64,000 nucleotides of DNA from a virus, in the IMG/VR virus record IMGVR_UViG_3300025648_000013. One strand, written 5' to 3'. The notes under the pieces are model-generated. The model was not told where the DNA came from. It made no database searches and saw only the letters and a program-made list of their open reading frames with translations. How positions within the stretch are numbered: position 1 is the first letter of the stretch; every line of letters starts with the position of its first letter. A program made the translations under genes and the position numbers. This document shows positions 9,282 through 18,357 of this stretch, piece by piece.

Positions 9282-9739
9282 GCGATCTTGGCGATGCACT
9301 TAGGGTAGCACTAGCAGACACATTTGCTTTTTATTTGAAGATTCATGGGTATCATTGGAATGTAACTGGCGAAGACTTCTATGAGTTTCATAAGTTTTTC
9401 AATAAACTATATGATGAAGTGTGGGAAGCAGTTGATGCTATAGCAGAACACATTAGAGCAATTGATGAATATGCTCCAGGATCACTCAGTCGTTTCTCAG
9501 AACTGACAAATATTGAAGATGCTGTAACTATTCCATTGAAAACAGGAAATGTTTCTACTGCTGTGCAAATGGCATCACAACTTTTACATGACAATGAAAT
9601 CGTTATTCAATCGCTTACTCGTGCATATCATGAAGCAGAAGCAGAAAAAGAACTTGGTGTCAGCAACTTTCTACAAGATCGCATTGACATTCACCACAAA
9701 CACGGTTGGCAACTTCGTTCTACGGTAAAAAACAGATGA
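9278..9739 (+). CDS. dps: Dps / ferritin-like DNA-protection protein
   Basis: HWNVTG..F...H......Y......D.IAEHIR ferroxidase signature. Confidence 0.9.
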   Translation: MSDLGDALRVALADTFAFYLKIHGYHWNVTGEDFYEFHKFFNKLYDEVWEAVDAIAEHIRAIDEYAPGSLSRFSELTNIEDAVTIPLKTGNVSTAVQMASQLLHDNEIVIQSLTRAYHEAEAEKELGVSNFLQDRIDIHHKHGWQLRSTVKNR

Positions 9740-10395
9740 AAGATAGAATACCATACACATATAGAGTAACACATATTACTTCTGGCAAACAATATTATGG
9801 TTGCAGATTTGCAAAAGGTTGTCATCCTGACGATTTGGGTAAAGAATATTTTACTTCTTCTAAAGTGATAAAGGATATCATAGATAAAGAAGGAAAAGAT
9901 GTTTTGATATTTGAAGTAAGAAAGACCTTTGATTGTGTAGTAAAGTGTCAAAAGTATGAAAATGAAGTTTTAAAAAGATTGAAAGTTACTCAAAACGAAA
10001 AGTGGTTAAATCGTTACTATGGTCACATATACAAAACTGAAGATCAGTCTTTGGGTGGCTTAAACCTTAAAGAAAGACGAAAATCTGATAAGTTATTTGA
10101 TGAAAACGTTCGTAACAATATTTCTAAATCAATAAAGATCGCCAATGAAGAAGGAAAGTGTGGCTTTTCATTAGGACATGCAAATATCGCGGGTAGTATA
10201 GGCGGAAAAAGCAAAAGCGCAGAAAAACTAAAATCATGTGAAGCCAACGTCAAGAAAGCACAACAAAGTATAATGGGTTCTGTGTGGATATTTAATCCCA
10301 CTATATCAAAAAGAAAACGAATAAGAAAAGAAGATTTAGAACAATATCTTCAGATCGGTTGGATCGACAAGATGGGTTCCACAAAGAATCGATAA
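9736..10395 (+). mobile_element. GIY-YIG (Seg-like) homing endonuclease
   Basis: PYTYRVTH...KQYYGCR, YFTSSK, E...L...WLN; ATGA overlap with the dps stop. Confidence 0.75.
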
Positions 10396-10438
10396 TCAGT
10401 TTTTATAAATACAGAAAAGAATCCTGTAGGAGCGCCCG

Positions 10439-12148
10439 ATGCCAATCAATAAAGATACACCAACATCTGAAATCATTCATGACTTTGTGAAATCAAAGAA
10501 TCCAAAGTTCGCGGGCAAGAGTAAGGCCGAGCGAGTGAAGCAGGCTGTTGCTGCATCTTATAAGGTTCATGGTGAAGAAGTTGAAGAATCAAACAACACA
10601 CCATATGTAAGAAAGAGCAAGACAAATCCAAATGCTTGGGATGCAATGAACAAGCACGGTAAGGTAAAGACGTTTGGTGCAGAGTTTAAAGATTCTGCTA
10701 TGCGTCATGCCGGTCTCACTAATGAAGAAGTTGAACATATTGATGAGATATTCAGCGATGGACCTGAAAAATTTACAGATGATCATCCAGCACAAAAAGA
10801 GTTCTACAGCAGACTTAAAAGTGAAGCACATCCTTTTTTGAATACAAGTTTTAGAAAGTATGCCGACAAAAGAGATTCTATTAAAAATGAAGTCGCAAAA
10901 AAACACAATGTTGATCCAAAAAGCTTTTCAGATTTTTCATCCGATGATATTTCAAATTTGACTGGCAGAAAATCTACGAAAGAAGAAACCGAACTAGAAG
11001 AAGCACGAGGTCGCCCAAAGAAGGATCTTGGATACACAATCAATCCTAATAATAAAGAAAAACTCTATCATGATAATCCCGAGCATATGGATCGCATTCG
11101 CAGGCTTCGCAAGAATGGTGTATTGCCGCCAGAACAACACGCGCCATCAGAACACATCATCAACATACTAAGGCAAGCTTCTACCAATCAGACTGGTGGT
11201 CAAGACATCAAGTATGAGAATGGTAAGACACATCACGTATCAGGCTCTATGGCATCAAAGACATTAGATCACTATAATAGTCTACCAAAGCCTGCGGATA
11301 AAGAAGCATTTCAAGCCAAGATTCGTAAATCACATGAAGAACACAAATCATCCTTAGGGGAAGAAGTAATGTCAGAAGAAACAAAAGCGCCACTTTGGGG
11401 TGTAAGTTCATCAAACAAGTTCCGTAATCTGGAAGAAATGGATAAATCTCCAGAAACCAAGTTTGATCGTGCAGGACAAGATCGTGCTAAAGATAAAACA
11501 GCAACTCCAATCGGTGCAAAGAAGTTTGTCAAAGATGCCGAATCTGCAATGAATAAGTCTTTCAGTAAAGAAGAAGCCGAACTAGAAGAAAAGAAGCTAA
11601 TCGGCAAGCAGAAGAAGCTTGATAAAAACGACAATGGTCATCTAGACGCTGAAGACTTCAAGATGCTTCGTAAAGAAGAGTTGATGTCTCTGTTCGCAGA
11701 TGCACTTGAAGAAGGTATCTTTGACGAGTCAGATATTGATCGTCGAGTTGAGAAGGAACTAGAAAATCTGGAAGTCCAGATTTTAAATCTGGAAGAGTTG
11801 TCAAAAGGAACTCTAGGTTCTTATGTTAAGAAAGCAACCGTTGACGTTCATAATAATGCATATAATGCTGGCAAAAAAGAAGGAAGCGGTAAGCGATTTG
11901 ATCAAGAGAAACTTATGAATGGATTTGGTCGACAAATCGGTATTCAAAAGGCAGTAACTAAACTTGCCAAAGAAGAAACCATCAGCGAATCAAATGAACA
12001 AAAGGTAACACCTTATACTGCTGCTTCGCGCTATCATGCTGTCGAATCTGCTGTTCGTGATATCATGTCACAAAATCAGAATCTAAAGAAGATCGCTGAA
12101 GAAGAAACATTTCGTAGAAACAATCCAGGTCTATTCAAGGATAAATAA
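10439..12148 (+). CDS. modular internal head polyprotein
   Basis: Short modules separated by VEE/IDE/LEE/ISE sites; late promoter at 10404. Confidence 0.6.
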   Translation: MPINKDTPTSEIIHDFVKSKNPKFAGKSKAERVKQAVAASYKVHGEEVEESNNTPYVRKSKTNPNAWDAMNKHGKVKTFGAEFKDSAMRHAGLTNEEVEHIDEIFSDGPEKFTDDHPAQKEFYSRLKSEAHPFLNTSFRKYADKRDSIKNEVAKKHNVDPKSFSDFSSDDISNLTGRKSTKEETELEEARGRPKKDLGYTINPNNKEKLYHDNPEHMDRIRRLRKNGVLPPEQHAPSEHIINILRQASTNQTGGQDIKYENGKTHHVSGSMASKTLDHYNSLPKPADKEAFQAKIRKSHEEHKSSLGEEVMSEETKAPLWGVSSSNKFRNLEEMDKSPETKFDRAGQDRAKDKTATPIGAKKFVKDAESAMNKSFSKEEAELEEKKLIGKQKKLDKNDNGHLDAEDFKMLRKEELMSLFADALEEGIFDESDIDRRVEKELENLEVQILNLEELSKGTLGSYVKKATVDVHNNAYNAGKKEGSGKRFDQEKLMNGFGRQIGIQKAVTKLAKEETISESNEQKVTPYTAASRYHAVESAVRDIMSQNQNLKKIAEEETFRRNNPGLFKDK

Positions 12149-12349
12149 GTGCCTATTATAGCACATAATATCATTATCACGAATAAGCAGGAAGCCGTAC
12201 CTCAGATCAAACACCAAGAAGAGGTGCATCTGAAAGTATCGGCTCCTCCTGTTGTGAAAGTAACGGCTAATGTTGCTGTGGTGCAAATCCCAGACTTTGT
12301 TGAGAAGCCATCTGACTACGTTTCAAGCATGTTTCATTTGCATAAATAG
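12149..12349 (+). CDS. small hypothetical protein
   Basis: GTG start directly after the upstream stop, with RBS. Confidence 0.5.
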   Translation: MPIIAHNIIITNKQEAVPQIKHQEEVHLKVSAPPVVKVTANVAVVQIPDFVEKPSDYVSSMFHLHK

Positions 12350-12386
12350 ATAAATAATCACAAAAGAACTCGCAAGGAGAATACGA

Positions 12387-14429
12387 ATGGCTTTATGGAA
12401 ATCAACAGATCAAGCAAACTCTGCACCAAAGTTTTATGGCATTACTGCAAAAGATAAAGCTTATGCACAGCAAGCTAACGTCACTACAACTGGAACATTT
12501 ACTCAAGGTAGTAATGTCATCTCTTCAATGGCATCAACTGTAGGTGTTACAGTCAATCAGCTAGTCATTTCAAACACTGTGCTGGCTAACCTATCATCTG
12601 GTGCTATCGTTACAGGTATCATCAACTCAACCGCAGTTCAAATGTCACAGACATTTTCAGGTACAACTGCTGCTAGTGCAAATATTACTTTTGATTATAA
12701 CCACGTAACTGGTTATAACCTATACAACAACACTACACCAAATGCATTCCAGAACAACCAAGCTCTTGGCGTATTCAATATGTTGAATATTCCAAACTAT
12801 GTTACTGTAACTGCAAACACCATTGCTGGCAATAACATTCTAACCAATCCAACACCAGCATTTGCAAACACACAGACGGGTGCCCTTTCACAGGGTAACG
12901 CGATTATGACTGGTCTAACATCGACCGCAAACATTGCTCCTGGTATGGCAATCTATGGTACTGCTGCTAATACAACTGGCGGTTCACCAGTTTGGTCAAA
13001 CACTGGCTCATATGCTGCTGTTGCTAACGTGATCAACTCAACCGCTGTTCTATTGAACACCACATCACCACTAACAAACGCATCATCAACTTTCTTCTTC
13101 TCAAAGATTGCACCAGGTATGGTCGCTTCTGGTAATAACCTACCAGTACTACCAACACTTTATGGTACAACTTCAACAAACACCGCAACAATCACTGGCA
13201 CCATTTCAAATGGTACAATCGGTTCAAATGGTAACATTCTAAACGTTACATCATTTACTGGTCCAGTACTTGCTGTTGGTCAAGAACTACTTGCTAACGC
13301 AACTCTCGGTATCGCAAACGGCACTTATGTTGTTTCATCAACTGCCACAAACGGTATCGGTAACTATGTACTAAGCGGCAACTCAATCTCAAACGGCGCT
13401 TCTGGTGCTACTGTTACAATGTCAACTGTTCTTCCTAAGGTTGTTGCAGTCAACGCTACTACAGTTACACTATCATCAAACGCTTATGCGACTGGTTCTT
13501 CTACTGGCAACACTGTAAACTTCTCAACATATGAACAAACAGTATTTGGCCACAGCCAACATGCTGGTTGGACAGAAGTTCGTTACGGTTCAGGTCCAGT
13601 TGCTACATTCACTGTTAACTCAACTTCAACTTCAGGTTATGCTAACGGAGAAACAGTCATCGTATCTGGTGGTTCTGCTAATGCTCTCGGCATTATCACA
13701 ACTAACGCTGGTGCTGCTGGTTCAGGCGCTAACATCGCTTCTGTTGCACTTGCTTATCCAGGTGCTGGTTTCACCAACACTTCAGTTGCTTCACTAACCT
13801 ATCAGCATCAGCTACACGTTGCTAACGTTACAGCAACTGGTACGCCTTCAGGCTATGTTGTTGGCGACAAAGTTACTGTCACTGCTACTTTTGCTCTCGC
13901 ATCATTCACTGGTGTTATTGCTAATGGTATCCTAACTGCATCATCAGTAACAGGTACGATCACAGTCGGCAATATCATCACTGGTACAGGCGTTGCTACA
14001 GGTACACAGATCCTTGCACAGCTATCAGGTACTGCTGGTGGTGCTGGAACATATGTCGTAACCAACAGCGTCAACGTTGCTAGTGCTTCTATGGCATCAT
14101 CTGGTCAGATTGTTGCTGCTACTGCAAACCTAACATCAACTTCAGTTGCAAACTCAAACATCACGATCACAAACCCAGGATTGTTCACAAACGGTCTAAC
14201 AACTGCTAACCTAGTATTCACTTACTCAAATTCGAGCGGTGGTACAGGTACAGGTACAGGCATTACGTTTGCTGGTTCATTTGGTGCAGCATCTTCAGGT
14301 GCACCAGTCAACGTGACACTTGGTGGTCGTTCTGGTCGTACATACGTTGAAACACTAGTTGCTCTAACTGGCACTTCACCTTATGTAACTGAAAACGCTG
14401 CTGATAATGGTACATTCCCTAACTCATAA
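12387..14429 (+). CDS. virion structural / fibre-like protein
   Basis: MALW...HAGW...GR...ETLVA frame with long Asn/Thr/Ser-rich insertions; AAGGAG RBS. Confidence 0.65.
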   Translation: MALWKSTDQANSAPKFYGITAKDKAYAQQANVTTTGTFTQGSNVISSMASTVGVTVNQLVISNTVLANLSSGAIVTGIINSTAVQMSQTFSGTTAASANITFDYNHVTGYNLYNNTTPNAFQNNQALGVFNMLNIPNYVTVTANTIAGNNILTNPTPAFANTQTGALSQGNAIMTGLTSTANIAPGMAIYGTAANTTGGSPVWSNTGSYAAVANVINSTAVLLNTTSPLTNASSTFFFSKIAPGMVASGNNLPVLPTLYGTTSTNTATITGTISNGTIGSNGNILNVTSFTGPVLAVGQELLANATLGIANGTYVVSSTATNGIGNYVLSGNSISNGASGATVTMSTVLPKVVAVNATTVTLSSNAYATGSSTGNTVNFSTYEQTVFGHSQHAGWTEVRYGSGPVATFTVNSTSTSGYANGETVIVSGGSANALGIITTNAGAAGSGANIASVALAYPGAGFTNTSVASLTYQHQLHVANVTATGTPSGYVVGDKVTVTATFALASFTGVIANGILTASSVTGTITVGNIITGTGVATGTQILAQLSGTAGGAGTYVVTNSVNVASASMASSGQIVAATANLTSTSVANSNITITNPGLFTNGLTTANLVFTYSNSSGGTGTGTGITFAGSFGAASSGAPVNVTLGGRSGRTYVETLVALTGTSPYVTENAADNGTFPNS

Positions 14430-14465
14430 GTAATAGTATAACAACAACACACTAGGGGTTTGAAT

Positions 14466-16031
14466 ATGTCAAATGGTCCGATTAAGATTACACAACTACC
14501 TGTTGCAACGACAACAAATCCTACACAGGACTTGATGATCATTGTGCAGAATACTGCCGGTACCAATACGACATATTCTATTACTCCTAGTGTGTTGTTA
14601 GCACAAACTGCTTATTATACTGCAAACAACGCAAACTATCTAGGTGGAGTTGCTGCTGCTTCTTATCAGCTAAACTCCACCCTTGCTGCAAACATCGCAT
14701 CATATCTTCCAACATATGCTGGCGTAGTCAATGCATCCACTTATACTGTTGGTTCTTTCTTCTTAGCAAACTCAACCGCAACTTACATTGGCAACACTTC
14801 TGCAAACGTACAGATCAGTGGGCTAAACGTTGCTGGTACACCATCCGCACTTGCTGGTTTTGGTAGTTCTAATAGTTCTGTTGATATCGTCATCACCAAT
14901 GCCAACAATGGCGTCAATGCATCATCCGACTTTGCTGCTTATGATAATAACGGTCTAGTTGGAAACAACTTCATTGATATGGGTATCAGTAGTTCCACAT
15001 TCAGCGAATCATTCTGGACTATCAATGGACCATCAGATGGTTATCTCTATACTGGCAACACCAATCTTTCAATTGGTGTTGCTGCTTTGGGTGGCGGCAC
15101 AACAAATTACATCAACTTCTTTGCCAATGGCACCCTCATCACAAATGAAGTGATGAAAATCACAGCAACCAAAGTAAACATCGGCAACCAAGCTGCTGGT
15201 GCAGTATCGCTTACTGTTGGTAACGGTTCAGTCAATGCTGTAATCAACTCAACGACTGTTGTTACTTCTATTGTCAATGCAACTACAAACGTTTCTACCG
15301 TAACCGTCTATGCCTCAAATGCGGCAGTATATGCTAGTGCGAATGTTGTAATCAACTCTTCTGGTGTAGCTGTTGCAAATGCTACTGGATCTCTTCTTGT
15401 TTCAACTATTGGAACAACTCAAGGTTTCTCTGCAAACGCAGCACTAGTTACATTAGGTAACAATACAGTAAACACACAGATCAATGCCACTCACTTCTTT
15501 ACTGGTAACTCAACTAACTACGGCTTTGGCAACTCAACATATGAAGCTTTAGTTACTGCGGCTGGTGGGGTAAACACCAGTGTCTATCTGATCAACTCAT
15601 CTTCTGCCAATGTTGGTAATAGCACAGTTTATGGATTCGGGAACTCAACTGTTGAAGGATTGTATAATACAGTAGCAAACACTAGCGGTGTATTGACAGC
15701 ATCAAACTTGTCTATCGGCAACTCAACATCAAACGTTACAATCAACTCAACTGTAGTTGCTATTGGATCCGCGACATCGGCCGCGAATGGTGCTAGTTAT
15801 CTTCCAAATGGGCTAAAGCTAAATTGGGGTTGGGTATCAGCCAGTTCTTCTGCCGGCGCCGTTACTTTTACATCACCTTACACCACAAACGCATGGGTTG
15901 TTATTGCAACAAGCAACACCGCAGTCGCTACATATGGTGCCGCTGTTACCGCGTGGACAAAGACAGGTGCAACAATCTTAACAGCAAACGCCGCGGCAAC
16001 TAATGTGTTCTGGCAAGCAATCGGAACATAA
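14466..16031 (+). CDS. tail-fibre-like protein
   Basis: KITQLP N-terminus, GNST repeats, C-terminal YLPNGLKLNWG fibre-tip domain. Confidence 0.65.
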   Translation: MSNGPIKITQLPVATTTNPTQDLMIIVQNTAGTNTTYSITPSVLLAQTAYYTANNANYLGGVAAASYQLNSTLAANIASYLPTYAGVVNASTYTVGSFFLANSTATYIGNTSANVQISGLNVAGTPSALAGFGSSNSSVDIVITNANNGVNASSDFAAYDNNGLVGNNFIDMGISSSTFSESFWTINGPSDGYLYTGNTNLSIGVAALGGGTTNYINFFANGTLITNEVMKITATKVNIGNQAAGAVSLTVGNGSVNAVINSTTVVTSIVNATTNVSTVTVYASNAAVYASANVVINSSGVAVANATGSLLVSTIGTTQGFSANAALVTLGNNTVNTQINATHFFTGNSTNYGFGNSTYEALVTAAGGVNTSVYLINSSSANVGNSTVYGFGNSTVEGLYNTVANTSGVLTASNLSIGNSTSNVTINSTVVAIGSATSAANGASYLPNGLKLNWGWVSASSSAGAVTFTSPYTTNAWVVIATSNTAVATYGAAVTAWTKTGATILTANAAATNVFWQAIGT

Positions 16032-16043
16032 TGATATTCCATA

Positions 16044-16436
16044 ATGCATGAAAAACTTGATGAAACAAACTTTTTATTATATTCAGCTAAACATTATGAA
16101 AATGCACAATGTTATGACACTGTGGAGTTTTATGATGACTTGAAGAGATTCAAGTATCTGAAAAGACTATTCAACATCTATTCTGAAAATGGTGATTTGA
16201 GGGAGAGGCTGATACTAAATCATATTATCGTCATTTATAATGTGTTTGGTTTAGTACCAGCCACTCGTATGTTGTTCTTCAAGTTATATGAATACAAAGA
16301 AATGTTGAAGCCCTTCCTTGAACTTCTAAACTATATGCCAGATCATGTTTTAAATATTGGGCTCCAAGGTATAAACATTAAAAACACAGACATTGAGTCT
16401 GATATATACATCAAGAAGAGGCTAGAGTCAATATGA
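16044..16436 (+). CDS. conserved T4-like hypothetical protein
   Basis: EFYDDLKRFKYLKRL...RLILNHIIVIYNVFG motif. Confidence 0.7.
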   Translation: MHEKLDETNFLLYSAKHYENAQCYDTVEFYDDLKRFKYLKRLFNIYSENGDLRERLILNHIIVIYNVFGLVPATRMLFFKLYEYKEMLKPFLELLNYMPDHVLNIGLQGINIKNTDIESDIYIKKRLESI

Positions 16437-16717
16437 AAAGCTTAAGAGAACTTCAAGAAGAAGTCAAAAAGACCCCATGCAAGGTATGTCACGAAGTCAA
16501 GTGTGATTGCAGCAAAGAAGTCAAGGAAGACGTCGAGTACCAAATGGCTCGTACAGAACTTGAAACAGCAAAGCGCGCTTGTGAGAATCTAATGAAGATG
16601 CTCAAAGGTGAAGGCGATCTTCCTGCTTGGGTACAAACAAAGATCGCTAAAGGCTCTGGCATGTTAGATGCTGCTGCTGACTATATGATGTCAGGCAAAG
16701 AAACGGGCGACGAATAA
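16433..16717 (+). CDS. probable internal head protein
   Basis: MKSLRELQEE N-terminus; MA...L.AWVQ.KI motif. Confidence 0.55.
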   Translation: MKSLRELQEEVKKTPCKVCHEVKCDCSKEVKEDVEYQMARTELETAKRACENLMKMLKGEGDLPAWVQTKIAKGSGMLDAAADYMMSGKETGDE

Positions 16718-17100
16718 TGGAAAGCTTTGCTTCTTTTTGTGAAATGAAAGATGATCCTTGCTGGAAGGGTTATCAGATGGTGGGCAAAAAGAAAAAGAAT
16801 GGCAAAGAAGTTCCTAACTGTGTCCCCGTCAAGGAAGATGTTCTTGTAGAGCGCGGCGCAGACTCTAAGGGATACTATCGTTCTACCGAATCTGGTGCTG
16901 GATTGACAGCAAAGGGCGCTAAACACTTTGGTATTCATACTGCCGTTACAAAGAAGCCAAGCGAACTAAATCCTGAAGGCAAAGCAGCGAAGCGCAGAAA
17001 ATCATTTTGTGCTAGAATGAAAGGCAATCCAGGTCCAATGAAAGACGAAAAGGGTCGCCCAACACGCAAAGCAATGTCTCTAAGAAGGTGGCACTGCTAA
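16717..17100 (+). CDS. probable internal head protein
   Basis: MESFASFCE N-terminus; PCWKGY...VPNCVP and RRKSFCARM...SLRRWHC modules. Confidence 0.6.
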   Translation: MESFASFCEMKDDPCWKGYQMVGKKKKNGKEVPNCVPVKEDVLVERGADSKGYYRSTESGAGLTAKGAKHFGIHTAVTKKPSELNPEGKAAKRRKSFCARMKGNPGPMKDEKGRPTRKAMSLRRWHC

Positions 17101-17351
17101 TGAAAAAGTTTAGAGATTTCAGAAGCGATCTAAACGAGACTTCTGGTGCGGCACCAGCAGTGGTGGACGCAGGTCTTGCTAGTGTGATAGATCCCAACAC
17201 AGGAAAGCCAGCATCGCCTCCAGTGTACAGGAAAAAGCAAAAAACCTACCAAGAAAAAGAAGCTGATCGCCAGAAAGAATACGCTAAAGGTCCATCACAG
17301 ATGCAAAGACGTGTAATGGGTGGAGTAAACATGGGAGGGTTCGGTGCTTAA
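17100..17351 (+). CDS. probable internal head protein
   Basis: MKKFRDFRSDLNE N-terminus. Confidence 0.5.
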   Translation: MKKFRDFRSDLNETSGAAPAVVDAGLASVIDPNTGKPASPPVYRKKQKTYQEKEADRQKEYAKGPSQMQRRVMGGVNMGGFGA

Positions 17352-17751
17352 CTTTGTTTCAAATCTTTGGAATACTATCAAGGGATTTTCACCTTCTGGT
17401 ATTCTTATGTCTTTGGCACCATATGGCATTGCACTATTGATTGGTGTACTTGGATACAACTATGTTTATGATAAAGGATACAATGCAGCTAAGGCACAAT
17501 GCAATGCTGCTGTGATCCAATCTACGGTAGATGCTCAAACGATACAAATAAATAACTTGAAGAAACAACTTTCTGATGAGCAAACCGCTTTACAGAATGC
17601 CCAGACAAGTAAACAGATTGTCGTCCAGAAAGTTATACAGGCAAAACAGGTGATCGACCATGAAGTACAAGACATTCCTAGCTGCGATGTTGATGCTACC
17701 GTTATCGGCGTGCTTAACGGCGCCCGCACGACCACCAGTAATAGTAACTAA
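17344..17751 (+). CDS. inner-membrane spanin (Rz-like)
   Basis: N-terminal TM helix, coiled coil and C-terminal Cys; overlaps a lipoprotein ORF. Confidence 0.7.
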   Translation: MLNFVSNLWNTIKGFSPSGILMSLAPYGIALLIGVLGYNYVYDKGYNAAKAQCNAAVIQSTVDAQTIQINNLKKQLSDEQTALQNAQTSKQIVVQKVIQAKQVIDHEVQDIPSCDVDATVIGVLNGARTTTSNSN

Positions 17752-17929
17752 TCCTTGCAATCCACCTGTTGCTTTCACAACAAAGCACGGTGACTTGCCA
17801 AAGGTAACACAAACAAAGTTAACAGAAAAACAAGTGATCGATTTGTGGTTAGATGATATTCAATCATATAATGACCTTAATGTTGATCATTCGTCATTGA
17901 TAGACTGGGTTCAGACTCACTGCAAATAA
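17660..17929 (+). CDS. outer-membrane lipoprotein spanin (Rz1-like)
   Basis: Signal peptide with lipobox LSAC, Pro-rich, overlaps the Rz-like gene in another frame. Confidence 0.7.
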   Translation: MKYKTFLAAMLMLPLSACLTAPARPPVIVTNPCNPPVAFTTKHGDLPKVTQTKLTEKQVIDLWLDDIQSYNDLNVDHSSLIDWVQTHCK

Positions 17930-17939
17930 GAGGAATACA

Positions 17940-18290
17940 ATGTCTGATTTAGAAACCAAAGTTGCCGTATTGGAACGCGATATCACACAACTTACAAGTT
18001 ATTGTGACAAAATAGACGTAACAATGGAAAAACTCACGGACATTTCCATTTCTCTTAAGGAAATGCTTGCTGTTCATGAACATAAACTTGGGCAACATGC
18101 ACGTGCAGATGAAGACCTTTATGCTCTTCACCAGGAAACCAACAAACGAATCGATTCGCTTCATGTTGATCTTACTGGCATCAAAAACAAGCAGGACCTA
18201 CATAAGTGGTATTTCACAGCGACAGGCGTTGTGGCTTGCTTTATTCTTTTCAAAATGGGACTTATCCCATTCATGGCACCTTTTCTCTAA
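17940..18290 (+). CDS. coiled-coil protein with C-terminal TM helix (possible lysis protein)
   Basis: MLAVHE motif and C-terminal hydrophobic segment. Confidence 0.55.
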   Translation: MSDLETKVAVLERDITQLTSYCDKIDVTMEKLTDISISLKEMLAVHEHKLGQHARADEDLYALHQETNKRIDSLHVDLTGIKNKQDLHKWYFTATGVVACFILFKMGLIPFMAPFL

Positions 18291-18297
18291 AAAACCC

Positions 18298-18340
18298 TTG
18301 ACATTGGTCTACAGTTGGCGTATTATACAACTGTAGATTC
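18298..18340 (+). promoter_or_regulatory. sigma70-like promoter embedded in a perfect 10-bp inverted repeat
   Basis: TTGACA 18298-18303, TATTAT 18321-18326; arms TCTACAGTTG (18308-17) and CAACTGTAGA (18328-37). Confidence 0.6.
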
Positions 18341-18357
18341 AGATGTATAGGATGAAT

